Positions 47,576 through 57,347 of a stretch of 64,000 bases of DNA are shown piece by piece. This DNA is from a virus, in IMG/VR virus record IMGVR_UViG_3300044802_000046, positions 3,568-67,567 of that record. One strand, given 5' to 3'. The stretch's first letter is position 1. Each line of letters begins with the position of its first letter. Below the pieces are notes generated by a model. It was not told where the DNA came from, made no database searches, and worked only from the letters and a program-made list of their open reading frames with translations. Position numbers and translations under genes: made by a program.

Positions 47576-49913
47576 TTTGCATATTATTAGATTCCTGTTC
47601 CTTCATTTTACTTTCCTGATCTATTTTATACCGTTCCATGCCCTGCTTTAACTGCTCAAGATCCATATTATGCTCATGCTTCTTATCTTCAATCATAAGC
47701 TGGGCTTTAATATTCATCTGCATATTCTGTGCGGCAGTTTGCGATTTTATTTGTTCTAGTTGAGTGTTCTGTTGACCCTGTGCTTGAATTGCAGCTTGCC
47801 TTTCTTTTTCCTGCCGATCAAGTTCCTTATCAATTGCATTTGATAAATAAAGTCTAACATCACTTATATTAGCCCCTCTCATCAATTTCTCTTTAATATA
47901 AAGCTTGACATCAAAACGAATAAGAGGTTTGCCGTCTTTTCCAGGCATGGACGCTGTTTCAATATCCCGGTATAAGCTCTGCAACTCTTCAGTTGTTGGC
48001 CTAGGGATGAGTCTTATTCCAAGTTGCCTTGAGTCGTAATCACTATTTGCCAGAGCATCTACATCATTATTTCCAACAACAGGGATATACGCTCGACGAC
48101 AATCTTCATCGTTTCTTAGTGCGAGCCTTATCGCACCGGCCAAAAACTCGGCCGATCCAGTTTTTACGGTAAATATAGCATCTATGATAGGTCGGAGTAT
48201 CTTTGTTGTATTCTGAATTGAAATTTCTGTCTGTCCTAATCCTTGCTTATCATTTGGTTGAGATCCTATTGAAACCGGATTTATACCCGTAACATATTCC
48301 ACCATTCGAATAGCATTCTCAAATAACTTTATGGCTTCATCTATTCGGTTCATTAAAGTTGATGGAATTATATCGATAGGTTTAACTGCGCCACCACCAT
48401 ATTTTCCGTTAATAGGAAGAGATCTGAAAGGTAAAACGTGCGTCTTTTTTGCGTGTTTTAATATCTTAAGGGTATCCCATTTCTCACCACCCATCGTTAT
48501 TCTTTCAAGAACACTTTGATCTAAAGTAAGTATCTCCCCAAAAGACTCTGCGATTTCATTCTGAAGTTTAAGCCATGTTATCTGGAAATTATCAAATATT
48601 GGAATTAATCTTTGGGTTATGGCGGCCTCGGTCCCATTATAAATATGAAAAGACATTAAAGGTCTTTTATTGCCATTATCTCTAGGCTGACTTGGGCTTA
48701 ACCGGTGGTCATAAATAAGATCTGATCCTATAACCCACTTGGCTTCATATTTTCTTTTAATTGTAGTAACCCTGGTCTTATTGTGGTCGGTATCCCTTAC
48801 TCGGCCAAAATCCTGGTCATAAATACTTCTTATACCGCGCCTACTTGTGTTGATAGTTTTATACTCAAGATCATTATCAATCCATTCTGTTTCAAGTACA
48901 AGACATTTGTAAAAATCGTACATCCAGTTTCCGTAGCGATCCTTTTGGTTAAAGTCTAACCATTGCGACTGAATAGGATTACTAAGAAGCCCTCCCCAGT
49001 TCTGGGCTAGTTGTCCAATTTCTTCTTCAGTATAACCTACATCTTCGAGCTTATGCCTTATTTCTGAAACTGTTTTCTCTCTTATAACTCCAAAATAACA
49101 ACTATCTGCATAGTCCCTTTTATCCGAAAACTGAGCTATAACCCTTGTTACGTCTTCGTAATCTGTCTTCCACTTACATTCTTCATAGTCGTAGTAGTCA
49201 TGTAGGCAAACTGCATTGAAATTTACAATATCCTTGATTAATTTCTCTTTAACACTTTCCCAGTCGGATATTTCATAAGTGTGTTTGAGTAATTTTTCAA
49301 GTGCTTTAGCTATGCCGGTTTTAAACTCTCCAAGATCATCCATAAGCTGAAGCTCATCGAGATCTTTTGGATATTTAGTATCGCTATTAGTCGGTATCCC
49401 GGCCTGTTGTTTTATTGCATTTAAAAAATCAAGGTGTTGTGATTCGGCATATATCTTACTCTTCATCCATTCTTGTTCGAAGCCAGAATCAGGGTCAATA
49501 GTTTCTGCAACTAAATTATAGTCAACATCTTTAAATGAACCTAAAATGGCTTGCATTATCCGAGGCCCAAGACTTAATATTTCTCGGTTTAAATTTCCTA
49601 AGCCCTTTCTTTTACCCTGCTTTGAGGTCCAGTCGCCATCAACACTAGTCATTATCCTCCCCGGTTCGGCGGGATCGGATGGATTTATTCTCTCTTCGTA
49701 TTTTGCGGGATCTTGTTTCCCGTCTGAGTATTGACGGACTTCATTATAATAGTATAGTAGTGAATACGGAAAACTAGCTTTATCTCCAACGTAGGTTGTA
49801 TATATTGCGGTTGCCATCCTGATACCATAATCCTTAGTAAGTTTTAGTCTTGGATCTATATCCCTACTTGGAAATAAAGCAGTTTCCCGCTGATATTTTT
49901 CGTCAAATTTCAT
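47562..49913 (-). CDS. portal protein
   Basis: K...YG...A.AI, Y.DG.QD..KY, YVTGIN, Gln-rich C-terminal barrel; ATG 49913 preferred (promoter at 49931-49938). Confidence 0.88.
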   Translation of the reverse strand: MKFDEKYQRETALFPSRDIDPRLKLTKDYGIRMATAIYTTYVGDKASFPYSLLYYYNEVRQYSDGKQDPAKYEERINPSDPAEPGRIMTSVDGDWTSKQGKRKGLGNLNREILSLGPRIMQAILGSFKDVDYNLVAETIDPDSGFEQEWMKSKIYAESQHLDFLNAIKQQAGIPTNSDTKYPKDLDELQLMDDLGEFKTGIAKALEKLLKHTYEISDWESVKEKLIKDIVNFNAVCLHDYYDYEECKWKTDYEDVTRVIAQFSDKRDYADSCYFGVIREKTVSEIRHKLEDVGYTEEEIGQLAQNWGGLLSNPIQSQWLDFNQKDRYGNWMYDFYKCLVLETEWIDNDLEYKTINTSRRGIRSIYDQDFGRVRDTDHNKTRVTTIKRKYEAKWVIGSDLIYDHRLSPSQPRDNGNKRPLMSFHIYNGTEAAITQRLIPIFDNFQITWLKLQNEIAESFGEILTLDQSVLERITMGGEKWDTLKILKHAKKTHVLPFRSLPINGKYGGGAVKPIDIIPSTLMNRIDEAIKLFENAIRMVEYVTGINPVSIGSQPNDKQGLGQTEISIQNTTKILRPIIDAIFTVKTGSAEFLAGAIRLALRNDEDCRRAYIPVVGNNDVDALANSDYDSRQLGIRLIPRPTTEELQSLYRDIETASMPGKDGKPLIRFDVKLYIKEKLMRGANISDVRLYLSNAIDKELDRQEKERQAAIQAQGQQNTQLEQIKSQTAAQNMQMNIKAQLMIEDKKHEHNMDLEQLKQGMERYKIDQESKMKEQESNNMQNAGQ

Positions 49914-49930
49914 GAAAAATAATATTTCTA

Positions 49931-49938
49931 CAAAGTTA
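49931..49938 (-). promoter_or_regulatory. -7 promoter element TAACTTTG (portal)
   Basis: TAnnTTTG 17 nt before ATG 49913. Confidence 0.55.
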
Positions 49939-50006
49939 TAAATAATAATTTCATTTTTAATAAACAAATATTTTACGTATCTTTATAATATATAATTATA
50001 TATAAC

Positions 50007-50522
50007 ATGGATACTGAAATTTGGAAAGACATTCCAGGATTCAATGGGATGTACAAAGCTAGCAACTTAGGTAAAATTAAAAGCGTAAATTATAATCACA
50101 CAAAATCCGAAAAAGTACTTAAAATAAATCTGTACAAAAACGGATATGGTAGAATATGCTTATGTAAAAATAACACAAGTAAAACGTATTTAGTTCATAG
50201 ATTGATAGCAATAACATTCATACCTAATCCTGAAAACAAACCTCAAATAAATCACAAAGACATTAATAAACAAAATAATAATATTTTAAACCTTGAATGG
50301 AATACATATTCTGAAAACAATAAACACTCATTTTCTTCTGGAGCTAATAAAAATATAGGCGAAAAACATATAAATTCAAAACTAACAAAAGAAAAAGTAA
50401 GGGAAATAAGGCTTAAATATAATGGTAGAAAATATGGATCGACAAGACTTTCTAAAGAATACAATGTACATCAATCTACTATATGGAGTATAATAAAAAA
50501 TGAAACTTGGAACAATATTTAA
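50007..50522 (+). CDS. NUMOD4-HNH homing endonuclease with C-terminal HTH
   Basis: EIWKDIPGF.G.YKASNLG, VHRLIA..FIPNP....INHKD.NK.NN...NLEW.T.SEN..H. Confidence 0.93.
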   Translation: MDTEIWKDIPGFNGMYKASNLGKIKSVNYNHTKSEKVLKINLYKNGYGRICLCKNNTSKTYLVHRLIAITFIPNPENKPQINHKDINKQNNNILNLEWNTYSENNKHSFSSGANKNIGEKHINSKLTKEKVREIRLKYNGRKYGSTRLSKEYNVHQSTIWSIIKNETWNNI

Positions 50523-50544
50523 TGTAGATATAAAATATTTTAGC

Positions 50545-50552
50545 TATCTTTG
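50545..50552 (+). promoter_or_regulatory. -7 promoter element TATCTTTG
   Basis: Upstream of the structured leader. Confidence 0.6.
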
Positions 50553-50568
50553 CATAAGAAAATATTTG

Positions 50569-50672
50569 GATCAGTTGCGTTGATCGGACCTAAAATATAC
50601 AGGATTTATCCTGCTTTCTTCTCTAGTAAGAAGAATTACCCGTAAGACGCAACCTTATGGGTTTTTCTTTTT
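50569..50672 (+). promoter_or_regulatory. structured 5' leader: four hairpins, kissing-loop potential, terminator-like last hairpin
   Basis: Loop GTTGCGT (50574-50580) is the reverse complement of loop ACGCAAC (50647-50653); T-tract then ATG 50673. Confidence 0.65.
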
Positions 50673-51410
50673 ATGAAACTACAAATAGATATATCGTATC
50701 TCGACTCATTGAAATGCAATCATAATCATATGAAGGCATTTTCACTGTACCTTAAGTTTAAAATAAGGTACAGGAATGGTATGATATATAACTATAACCC
50801 AGAAACAATATCTAAAGAATTTAAAATATCTACTTATCAGGCCAGAAAGTGTCTTGGTGATCTAAAAAAATTAGAACTGGTAAGAGTGTCCGGTAAAACC
50901 GTGCTATTAAATTCTTTCAAACATATAAAATCTGGTAATAAAGTTAGAAAAGAAGTAAATATACACATGACAGATTCTATGTCTGTTGTGGTTACAAAAT
51001 TACAATTCGCATTACTTAGATATAATCTTATTGATAAACAGTTATATATAAAAAAAACACTTACAAATTTTGATGATATCGCTCACTCTAAGGGTGAGAA
51101 TATAAAGGCAAAACGGGCTTACAGAAAGCTAGTAAAACTTGGATATTCTTATTCTGAAAACGTAAATGTTAAAATATGTGCTGGTTACCGAAAGATGGCA
51201 AAAATAATGGGAATAAGTACCTCCTCTGTAAGAACAGTGTTGTGGAAGCTTATTAAGTGGAAGTACATAAAAGGTATCAAATATTTAATAGAAAAAATGT
51301 TTAATATCGACTATGGTACATTTATAAGTACAAGAAAATACATTGACGGTTTTTCTTTCTACAAAGCCGGATGTGTGTATAGGCACAATGGTACTTTAAT
51401 TGATATGTAG
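50673..51410 (+). CDS. basic protein with two HTH-like segments, possibly a replication initiator or regulator
   Basis: PETISKEFKISTYQARKCLGDLKKLELV and YRKMAKIMGISTSSVRTVLWKLIKWKYI. Confidence 0.6.
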   Translation: MKLQIDISYLDSLKCNHNHMKAFSLYLKFKIRYRNGMIYNYNPETISKEFKISTYQARKCLGDLKKLELVRVSGKTVLLNSFKHIKSGNKVRKEVNIHMTDSMSVVVTKLQFALLRYNLIDKQLYIKKTLTNFDDIAHSKGENIKAKRAYRKLVKLGYSYSENVNVKICAGYRKMAKIMGISTSSVRTVLWKLIKWKYIKGIKYLIEKMFNIDYGTFISTRKYIDGFSFYKAGCVYRHNGTLIDM

Positions 51411-51473
51411 GTTTAGGTGTATGGTATATCATAACTTGTACAATTTTCGATTTTGACAAAAAATATAAAAATA

Positions 51474-53780
51474 CTACATGTTTCTCCACCATTCAAAATC
51501 ATTCTTTGAGTCCTCGACCGATTCTAACATTTTTATTCCTATACCCTGGGATCCCAGTCCCGCACATCCAGAAGCAGCGGCTAAATCAAGTTTATTCAAA
51601 TCTTCAAACGTTTTTAGTTTGGATATCTCAATAAGTATTGAGGCGTGATTTTCTTTGTGACTCCTGAATTCTATATAATTTTGAAAGAAAGACCACATTT
51701 GTTCCTTTGATTTTTCCAAAGTATAGCACCCTGGCCGATCCTTCTGCTTACCAGTGGCCGGATCAATATCATACAGTAAATATCCATCATAATTATTCTG
51801 TAGGCAATATTCCCAAAGAGTCCCTGCGTTTGTTTCAGGATAAATTACAAACCCAAAGTACTGAGCACATTTTATAACATCTTCATTGTATTCATCAGAA
51901 AGAGGCCTATTCCTATATGCTGCGACAAATGTCGGAGTCACGCATTCATAAATACTCTTTTCTTCAGGATCTATCCTATAGTCCCGTATCCTAAAAGCAG
52001 ATATTCCACCATCAGACTGATAACTACCCGTAGATATAGCCATTTGCTTGTCACCTTTGAATTTAAAAGCATCGGCTCCTACTATACCTCTATTTGAACT
52101 TGCAGGAGCGTAGCAATCCTTATACTCTCCGGTTATAGGGTCTATAAGTGTTATCTTTACTTTCCGGTTTGATTCTGCTTCTGAAAGTATCCAACTAACT
52201 TCAAATTTTCCGTCTTGCCTTGGAACAAAAACAACAGTTCCGAATCTAATTCCATTCAACCATTCAAAATTTCCTCTTATGAACGGCTCCTTAATCCTTC
52301 TTAATTCTGCAAGTCTTTTGTCTATATTCTCCATGTTCCAACTTGTAGAACCGACAGTGAGTTTAAAACACTCGTCAAGTGTAAAGGGAAATTTAACTAC
52401 AAGCCTTCTATATTCAATTTTGTCTTTAGGGTTTTTACTGTTAAGTAACATGTCCCTGTTACTTTGAAGATATTTTTTGGACCCGTGCCTAAAACTAAAT
52501 CCATTAGCAATCTGTTCTTTTGTCGGATCATCTATTATAGATTCTCCATATTTACCTATAAATTTTTCCATACCTTCGTATCCCGGAAAGAACACGGTGG
52601 CTAGCCCACTTTTTGTCTGGCCGGTTACCGGGTTTCTCTGGTAGAAATCTGATCCAAATATTAGGTCCTGATAATTTTTACCATTATCCATATCCATATC
52701 TTCTACAGTTGACGGATGGATAGAATATCCTATTATTTCAGCGCCATCCCCTATTGACATGCCTTGTTTGTGAGTGGCCCATCTTTCGGTAACATCACAC
52801 TCTGAAACCTTACCAGACTCATCGAATATGGCAAATGTTAATCGCTCCTGGTCAAATTCTTTCCCAAAGGCACTTTGAGCATAAGTTATTATACTGTTTA
52901 GTTGATCTCCGAATACAACGTTTCTTGGAAGTTTAAACTCTATTGACTCAGATTGCTTAAAATAACCATCCCATACCGGAAGGTAGAAGAATGGCATATT
53001 TTGCCATGACTGAACGGTTTTGTTTATAAACAAAGACTGGGCGCTGGGACCTGTTCGGGAAAATATGGCTCCTATATCTCCAATGCTTTTTGATACCTTC
53101 TCGAATTGGGCCGCTTGGGACATATTGGTTGTTCCACCGCGCCTATTCTTTGGCTGGACTACTCCAAAGAATGTCTTTGTAGGCATTTCTATAGTTTCGT
53201 ATTCTCCATTTTCATTTGGGATGGCGTATCCGTTATTGTCATAGTTTTTAAATGCTTCTTTAGTACCATATATATACCACCAAAATAAAATATTCTTTCT
53301 GTCCCTGTCTCTGTATTCAGGATAAATACGTCCTTCAATCTTCCACCATGACAAATAAAAGTAGTGCCATCCGCATATGTAAGTTGGTTTCCCATTATTA
53401 AAGAACCAGTACCCGTATATCCGATGCCACCACTCATTTTTTATAAACTCTATTTCCTTTTTATATAGTTCGTAGTTATTCTCAAGTTTTGACCATAGCG
53501 CCTCTATTGTCTTGTATCCAGTTATGGTTTCATTTTTTTTTATACTAGACTCAAGTTCTTTTTTAACTTGTTTTTCTAGTTGGACTAGTCTTGGTGGAAT
53601 TTGCGGTCTTTTCCAGTATTGATCTTTTGGATCTAGTCCATATCCATCTATTAGTTTTAAGTCAGGCGGTTCAGGAAGTGATATTCGTATTGGCTTTAAT
53701 GATAAGTCTGGATCAGTCCCATTAGGATGTCCACAGTTTACTATGAATGAATCGTCATGAGACTTGTATTCAAAATTCAT
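51474..53780 (-). CDS. terL: terminase large subunit
   Basis: GYWFFNNGKPTYI.G.HYFYL, Walker A KNRRGGTT, Walker B IFDESGK, nuclease GADAF. Confidence 0.93.
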   Translation of the reverse strand: MNFEYKSHDDSFIVNCGHPNGTDPDLSLKPIRISLPEPPDLKLIDGYGLDPKDQYWKRPQIPPRLVQLEKQVKKELESSIKKNETITGYKTIEALWSKLENNYELYKKEIEFIKNEWWHRIYGYWFFNNGKPTYICGWHYFYLSWWKIEGRIYPEYRDRDRKNILFWWYIYGTKEAFKNYDNNGYAIPNENGEYETIEMPTKTFFGVVQPKNRRGGTTNMSQAAQFEKVSKSIGDIGAIFSRTGPSAQSLFINKTVQSWQNMPFFYLPVWDGYFKQSESIEFKLPRNVVFGDQLNSIITYAQSAFGKEFDQERLTFAIFDESGKVSECDVTERWATHKQGMSIGDGAEIIGYSIHPSTVEDMDMDNGKNYQDLIFGSDFYQRNPVTGQTKSGLATVFFPGYEGMEKFIGKYGESIIDDPTKEQIANGFSFRHGSKKYLQSNRDMLLNSKNPKDKIEYRRLVVKFPFTLDECFKLTVGSTSWNMENIDKRLAELRRIKEPFIRGNFEWLNGIRFGTVVFVPRQDGKFEVSWILSEAESNRKVKITLIDPITGEYKDCYAPASSNRGIVGADAFKFKGDKQMAISTGSYQSDGGISAFRIRDYRIDPEEKSIYECVTPTFVAAYRNRPLSDEYNEDVIKCAQYFGFVIYPETNAGTLWEYCLQNNYDGYLLYDIDPATGKQKDRPGCYTLEKSKEQMWSFFQNYIEFRSHKENHASILIEISKLKTFEDLNKLDLAAASGCAGLGSQGIGIKMLESVEDSKNDFEWWRNM

Positions 53781-54436
53781 TTGTGGCTTTTGTATTTTAA
53801 AGGAGACGGTTTGTATCCATCATACGGGCCAGCTCCTATTATATCATCAATATCATCTGCCGAAGCCATAATTTCCGGCCTTGGGAGTCTTAAATTTTCT
53901 TTTTCTACAGCTTCATATAATGCACTTTGAATACTCTTCATCTCATCGCCTCCAAATAAGTACTCAACGCATTCGTTGATCTTACTCTCTAGGATCGAGA
54001 TATTTCCGATGGTACTTTTATAGTCGCTTGAATCTTTGTTTACAGCTACGTTATCATATTCTGCTGATAAGATAGACCAATAGTATACAAGAGAGATATA
54101 TTTAGAAGAACCGAATAGTCTTATGTATTTTGATATAGCCTTATTCACCTTCTCATTGGCGCCTAGGATTACTTTTTCGTACTTTTCTTTCAGCTTATCG
54201 CCTACTTTTTCAAATCCTGCCAGTTCTGATGCTACAAGTTTCCTTTTATTAAAATGAGGAAACTCTTTTCTTAACTGGGAATTCATGTCATATAAAAGTA
54301 TGATGTAAGCTATGATTTTAGATTTATCAATGCCAAAATCTTCTATAAACTCATCGTATTCCTCAAGTCTACTTACTGTTTTTGGATCAAATGGATCAAA
54401 CATTAACAATTTAACATCGACATCACTTTTTTTCAT
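53777..54436 (-). CDS. hypothetical protein, candidate terminase small subunit
   Basis: Helical; overlaps the terL start. Confidence 0.5.
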   Translation of the reverse strand: MKKSDVDVKLLMFDPFDPKTVSRLEEYDEFIEDFGIDKSKIIAYIILLYDMNSQLRKEFPHFNKRKLVASELAGFEKVGDKLKEKYEKVILGANEKVNKAISKYIRLFGSSKYISLVYYWSILSAEYDNVAVNKDSSDYKSTIGNISILESKINECVEYLFGGDEMKSIQSALYEAVEKENLRLPRPEIMASADDIDDIIGAGPYDGYKPSPLKYKSHK

Positions 54437-55313
54437 TCATCATCCATTTAATGGTTTCTTCGATTCCAGTCTGTAGATCATAAACAGGTTTCCATGATAA
54501 TGATTCTTCGGCCTTTTTAATATCCAAGCATCTTCTATTGATCTTGTCAATATCTCTTTTGACGGTAAATATAATTTCTGACTTAGATCCTATAGCATCC
54601 CTTATGACTGAAGCGAGTTTAAATGAAGATGTTTCAACTCCAGTTCCAATGTTTATTTCAGTGTTCTGAGCCTTATTTGTACATGCAATTCTAAGAGCCC
54701 TTACTACATCATCTATGTAAGTATAATCTCTTGTGTCACTTCCATCTCCATTTATATTAATCGGTTTGTCTTCAATCATATTTCCAAGGAATCTTCCGAT
54801 GACTCCGCAGTATGGATTCTTTGGTCTTTGGTTGGTGCCATATACATTACTTAGCCTTAATGTGGTGTAATTTCCTCTTAATATAAGGTAGTTTTCAAGT
54901 ATGGATTTACTCTGATCGTATGCGTTTGATAACTTAACTCCAGATTCTTCAGTTGTCGGAAATGAATCAGCTTGGCCATATACTGAACTTGTACTAGTAT
55001 AAACTACTTTGCCTTTAAATTTATCTATAAATTTGATACTATCAAATCCATTTGTCTTAAAAGCCATTTGACCATATTTCATAGCATATATTATATTTAC
55101 ACATGCAACATGAACAACAACATCGAATTCATTTAGGTAATTTGAATCTACATGTTGAAATCCTACTCTTTCCCATGCGATTTCTTTGTTTACATTCTCT
55201 TCGTATCCAAATATTAAGTTGTCACAACCTCCAATTTCATGTCCCAGATCATGCATTTTATTAGCACAGTTACTACCGATGAAACCTGCTATTCCGCTAA
55301 CGAAAATTTTCAT
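54423..55313 (-). CDS. NAD-dependent nucleotide-sugar epimerase/dehydratase
   Basis: GIAGFIG, STSSVYG, YDQSK, NVYG, GDG..TRDY.Y.DD. Confidence 0.95.
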   Translation of the reverse strand: MKIFVSGIAGFIGSNCANKMHDLGHEIGGCDNLIFGYEENVNKEIAWERVGFQHVDSNYLNEFDVVVHVACVNIIYAMKYGQMAFKTNGFDSIKFIDKFKGKVVYTSTSSVYGQADSFPTTEESGVKLSNAYDQSKSILENYLILRGNYTTLRLSNVYGTNQRPKNPYCGVIGRFLGNMIEDKPININGDGSDTRDYTYIDDVVRALRIACTNKAQNTEINIGTGVETSSFKLASVIRDAIGSKSEIIFTVKRDIDKINRRCLDIKKAEESLSWKPVYDLQTGIEETIKWMMNEKK

Positions 55314-56107
55314 ATCTCTCCTTTTCTTAATTTTTCCAAGTAGTCTTCAAATGTTATTTGGCCGAACCTTTCAATATTGAATATGATAAAATTCTTCCAT
55401 TCCCGAAGCAATCTTGAAGTTCCTTCGTTTCCTTTTTCATAATCAGTGTGCTCGACTATGTAATCTGGAAGCATGCACCATTTATAACCAAGTTCTTTCA
55501 TGGCCATTAATGAGGCGTGTTCTATATTTCCATATATAGGATGACTATCTAAGAAAGGCACTCCTCCCATGTCATTTAAAAAATAACCTGAAAAACCTCC
55601 CTGAGCCCAATTTATATTACCAATTATTTCCCATATTCTTTCTCCCCCAACATTTCGTTCTATAGTGTTTGTTTTATTAAGTATTGGAAGATGTTCTAGC
55701 ATTGTAAGGCTAACCCATGCATAGTTATCATCTCCTCTTATGACATTTCCTATGGCCTTTATCCAGTCTTTGTTTTTAGGATGTTCATCCGGATCGGCGC
55801 AGCAAAGAATGTCCTCATCATCCATATTAAAATACTCATAAACTTTTGTCCAATTCTGGGATACGCCTTCATTGTCTAGTCTGATATAATCAGATCCATA
55901 TCGACTCGCAAGATCCTTAAGTTTTATTGTATTCTTATAAATCGATCCTCTAATATTTGTCGGCAATTCATCAGTTGACAATGGGAACCCAAGATCAACT
56001 ATCACATGCTTAAAATCCTTTTTATTATTTAAGTCGTATAATAAATCGACCGCCTTCTCAACTTCTGACGGAAAATTCCAACAAAGAGTATGTACGTAAT
56101 TAGGCAT
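55310..56107 (-). CDS. putative GT-A fold glycosyltransferase
   Basis: VIVDLG, NEGVSQNW, DPD motif, IVEH. Confidence 0.6.
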   Translation of the reverse strand: MPNYVHTLCWNFPSEVEKAVDLLYDLNNKKDFKHVIVDLGFPLSTDELPTNIRGSIYKNTIKLKDLASRYGSDYIRLDNEGVSQNWTKVYEYFNMDDEDILCCADPDEHPKNKDWIKAIGNVIRGDDNYAWVSLTMLEHLPILNKTNTIERNVGGERIWEIIGNINWAQGGFSGYFLNDMGGVPFLDSHPIYGNIEHASLMAMKELGYKWCMLPDYIVEHTDYEKGNEGTSRLLREWKNFIIFNIERFGQITFEDYLEKLRKGEI

Positions 56108-56774
56108 TATCTACATTTTTATAAGGTTCAAAAACTCCCTCGGTATTGTAATCAACAAATAACTGACATCCAGTAGCGGCCAGAGGCCATCCAGAACATA
56201 TCCATGTTTCGGCATTGTACCTATTCTTATTATCCAACGACTCTATGCTATCAAGAGTGGCCACATACTCTGAATTGAACCAAAAGAAGTTTCCAGAATA
56301 ATGCATGTTGAATGCTGGTGGATTACTAGGTGGAATAAGTTTTACACCGTAAGTATGGTATCCTATATCAAGATTCTTAACCGCTTTTTTCCACTCAGTA
56401 AGATTGTAATGATTCATATAATCTAACCAATACTTTCCGCCTTCATTTCCTGGGTAATTACATCCTTTTGTATGAATGTAGAATCCATAGAATTTGTCTG
56501 AATTTTGAGATTCAAAGTGAAGAATATCCAAAGTAAAGAATTCGTATTTAAGGATGTCATGATTATAGGCCTCGACCGATATTTTATCATATGGAGCTAT
56601 CAATGCCAGTAAATTGTTTAAACCTTCTTTGTTTCCAAGGCATCCAATATATAAATTGTCAATCCGGTCATACAATTCAGACTTAATTATAAGATCAATT
56701 TGTTCCTTAACTATATCTAAATAATTATTAATAAGGCATACATGTAAAAATCCTACAATCTTTATTTTGCTCAT
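56100..56774 (-). CDS. putative glycosyltransferase-like protein (HTKG/SGNFFW family)
   Basis: YE..TL, YIHTKG, HYSGNFFW, R..AE.WI. Confidence 0.55.
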   Translation of the reverse strand: MSKIKIVGFLHVCLINNYLDIVKEQIDLIIKSELYDRIDNLYIGCLGNKEGLNNLLALIAPYDKISVEAYNHDILKYEFFTLDILHFESQNSDKFYGFYIHTKGCNYPGNEGGKYWLDYMNHYNLTEWKKAVKNLDIGYHTYGVKLIPPSNPPAFNMHYSGNFFWFNSEYVATLDSIESLDNKNRYNAETWICSGWPLAATGCQLFVDYNTEGVFEPYKNVDNA

Positions 56775-56775
56775 A

Positions 56776-57345
56776 TTATTTCCTATAAACGATTATTGCG
56801 TTATCCCTTGTATACATAATTGGATTCAAATCATAAATCTCAAATGGAATACCAAGTTTTTCAAACTCAAGTTTCCTTTCCTGAGGATCTAATACATCTT
56901 CTATTGCCAATATTCCACCTGAATTTATAATGTCAAGAAAGTTTTTAATAACAAATAGCTGAGTTGATAATTGATGATTACTATCCTCAATGATAATATC
57001 CGGAATAAAATCAAGGTCTTCAAACCACTTTTTAGTTAATTCATGAACATTATGAAGATAAGTTTCGACCCTTTCAGTTTCATATGGTATACCATTATAC
57101 ATAGTCAACCAATCATTATCCGACTGATCAATTCCAATTATACGAGTTTCTGGATGGGTAAAGTAGTCGTCGAATAAGCGAAGAGCTCCACCTGCCGAAT
57201 GTCCAATTTCAAGTATATTGCATTTCTCATTCTTAAACTTTGAGAATAACTCATCGTATACCGGAAGATACGAGTGACCATCGCCTTTATCTGTTATGTA
57301 TTTCGGCCTTCCGTATGTATTCCACAATTCAACTAGTGTTGCCAT
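56776..57345 (-). CDS. SAM-dependent (sugar O-)methyltransferase
   Basis: TDK...HSY..VY, ILEIG...G, GID, DIIIEDSNH, GGILAIED. Confidence 0.88.
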   Translation of the reverse strand: MATLVELWNTYGRPKYITDKGDGHSYLPVYDELFSKFKNEKCNILEIGHSAGGALRLFDDYFTHPETRIIGIDQSDNDWLTMYNGIPYETERVETYLHNVHELTKKWFEDLDFIPDIIIEDSNHQLSTQLFVIKNFLDIINSGGILAIEDVLDPQERKLEFEKLGIPFEIYDLNPIMYTRDNAIIVYRK

Positions 57346-57347
57346 AA

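Noticed and set aside
50007-50522. Group I intron or intein carrying the HNH
   Set aside because: terL and portal each appear intact; the HNH gene is free-standing on the opposite strand.
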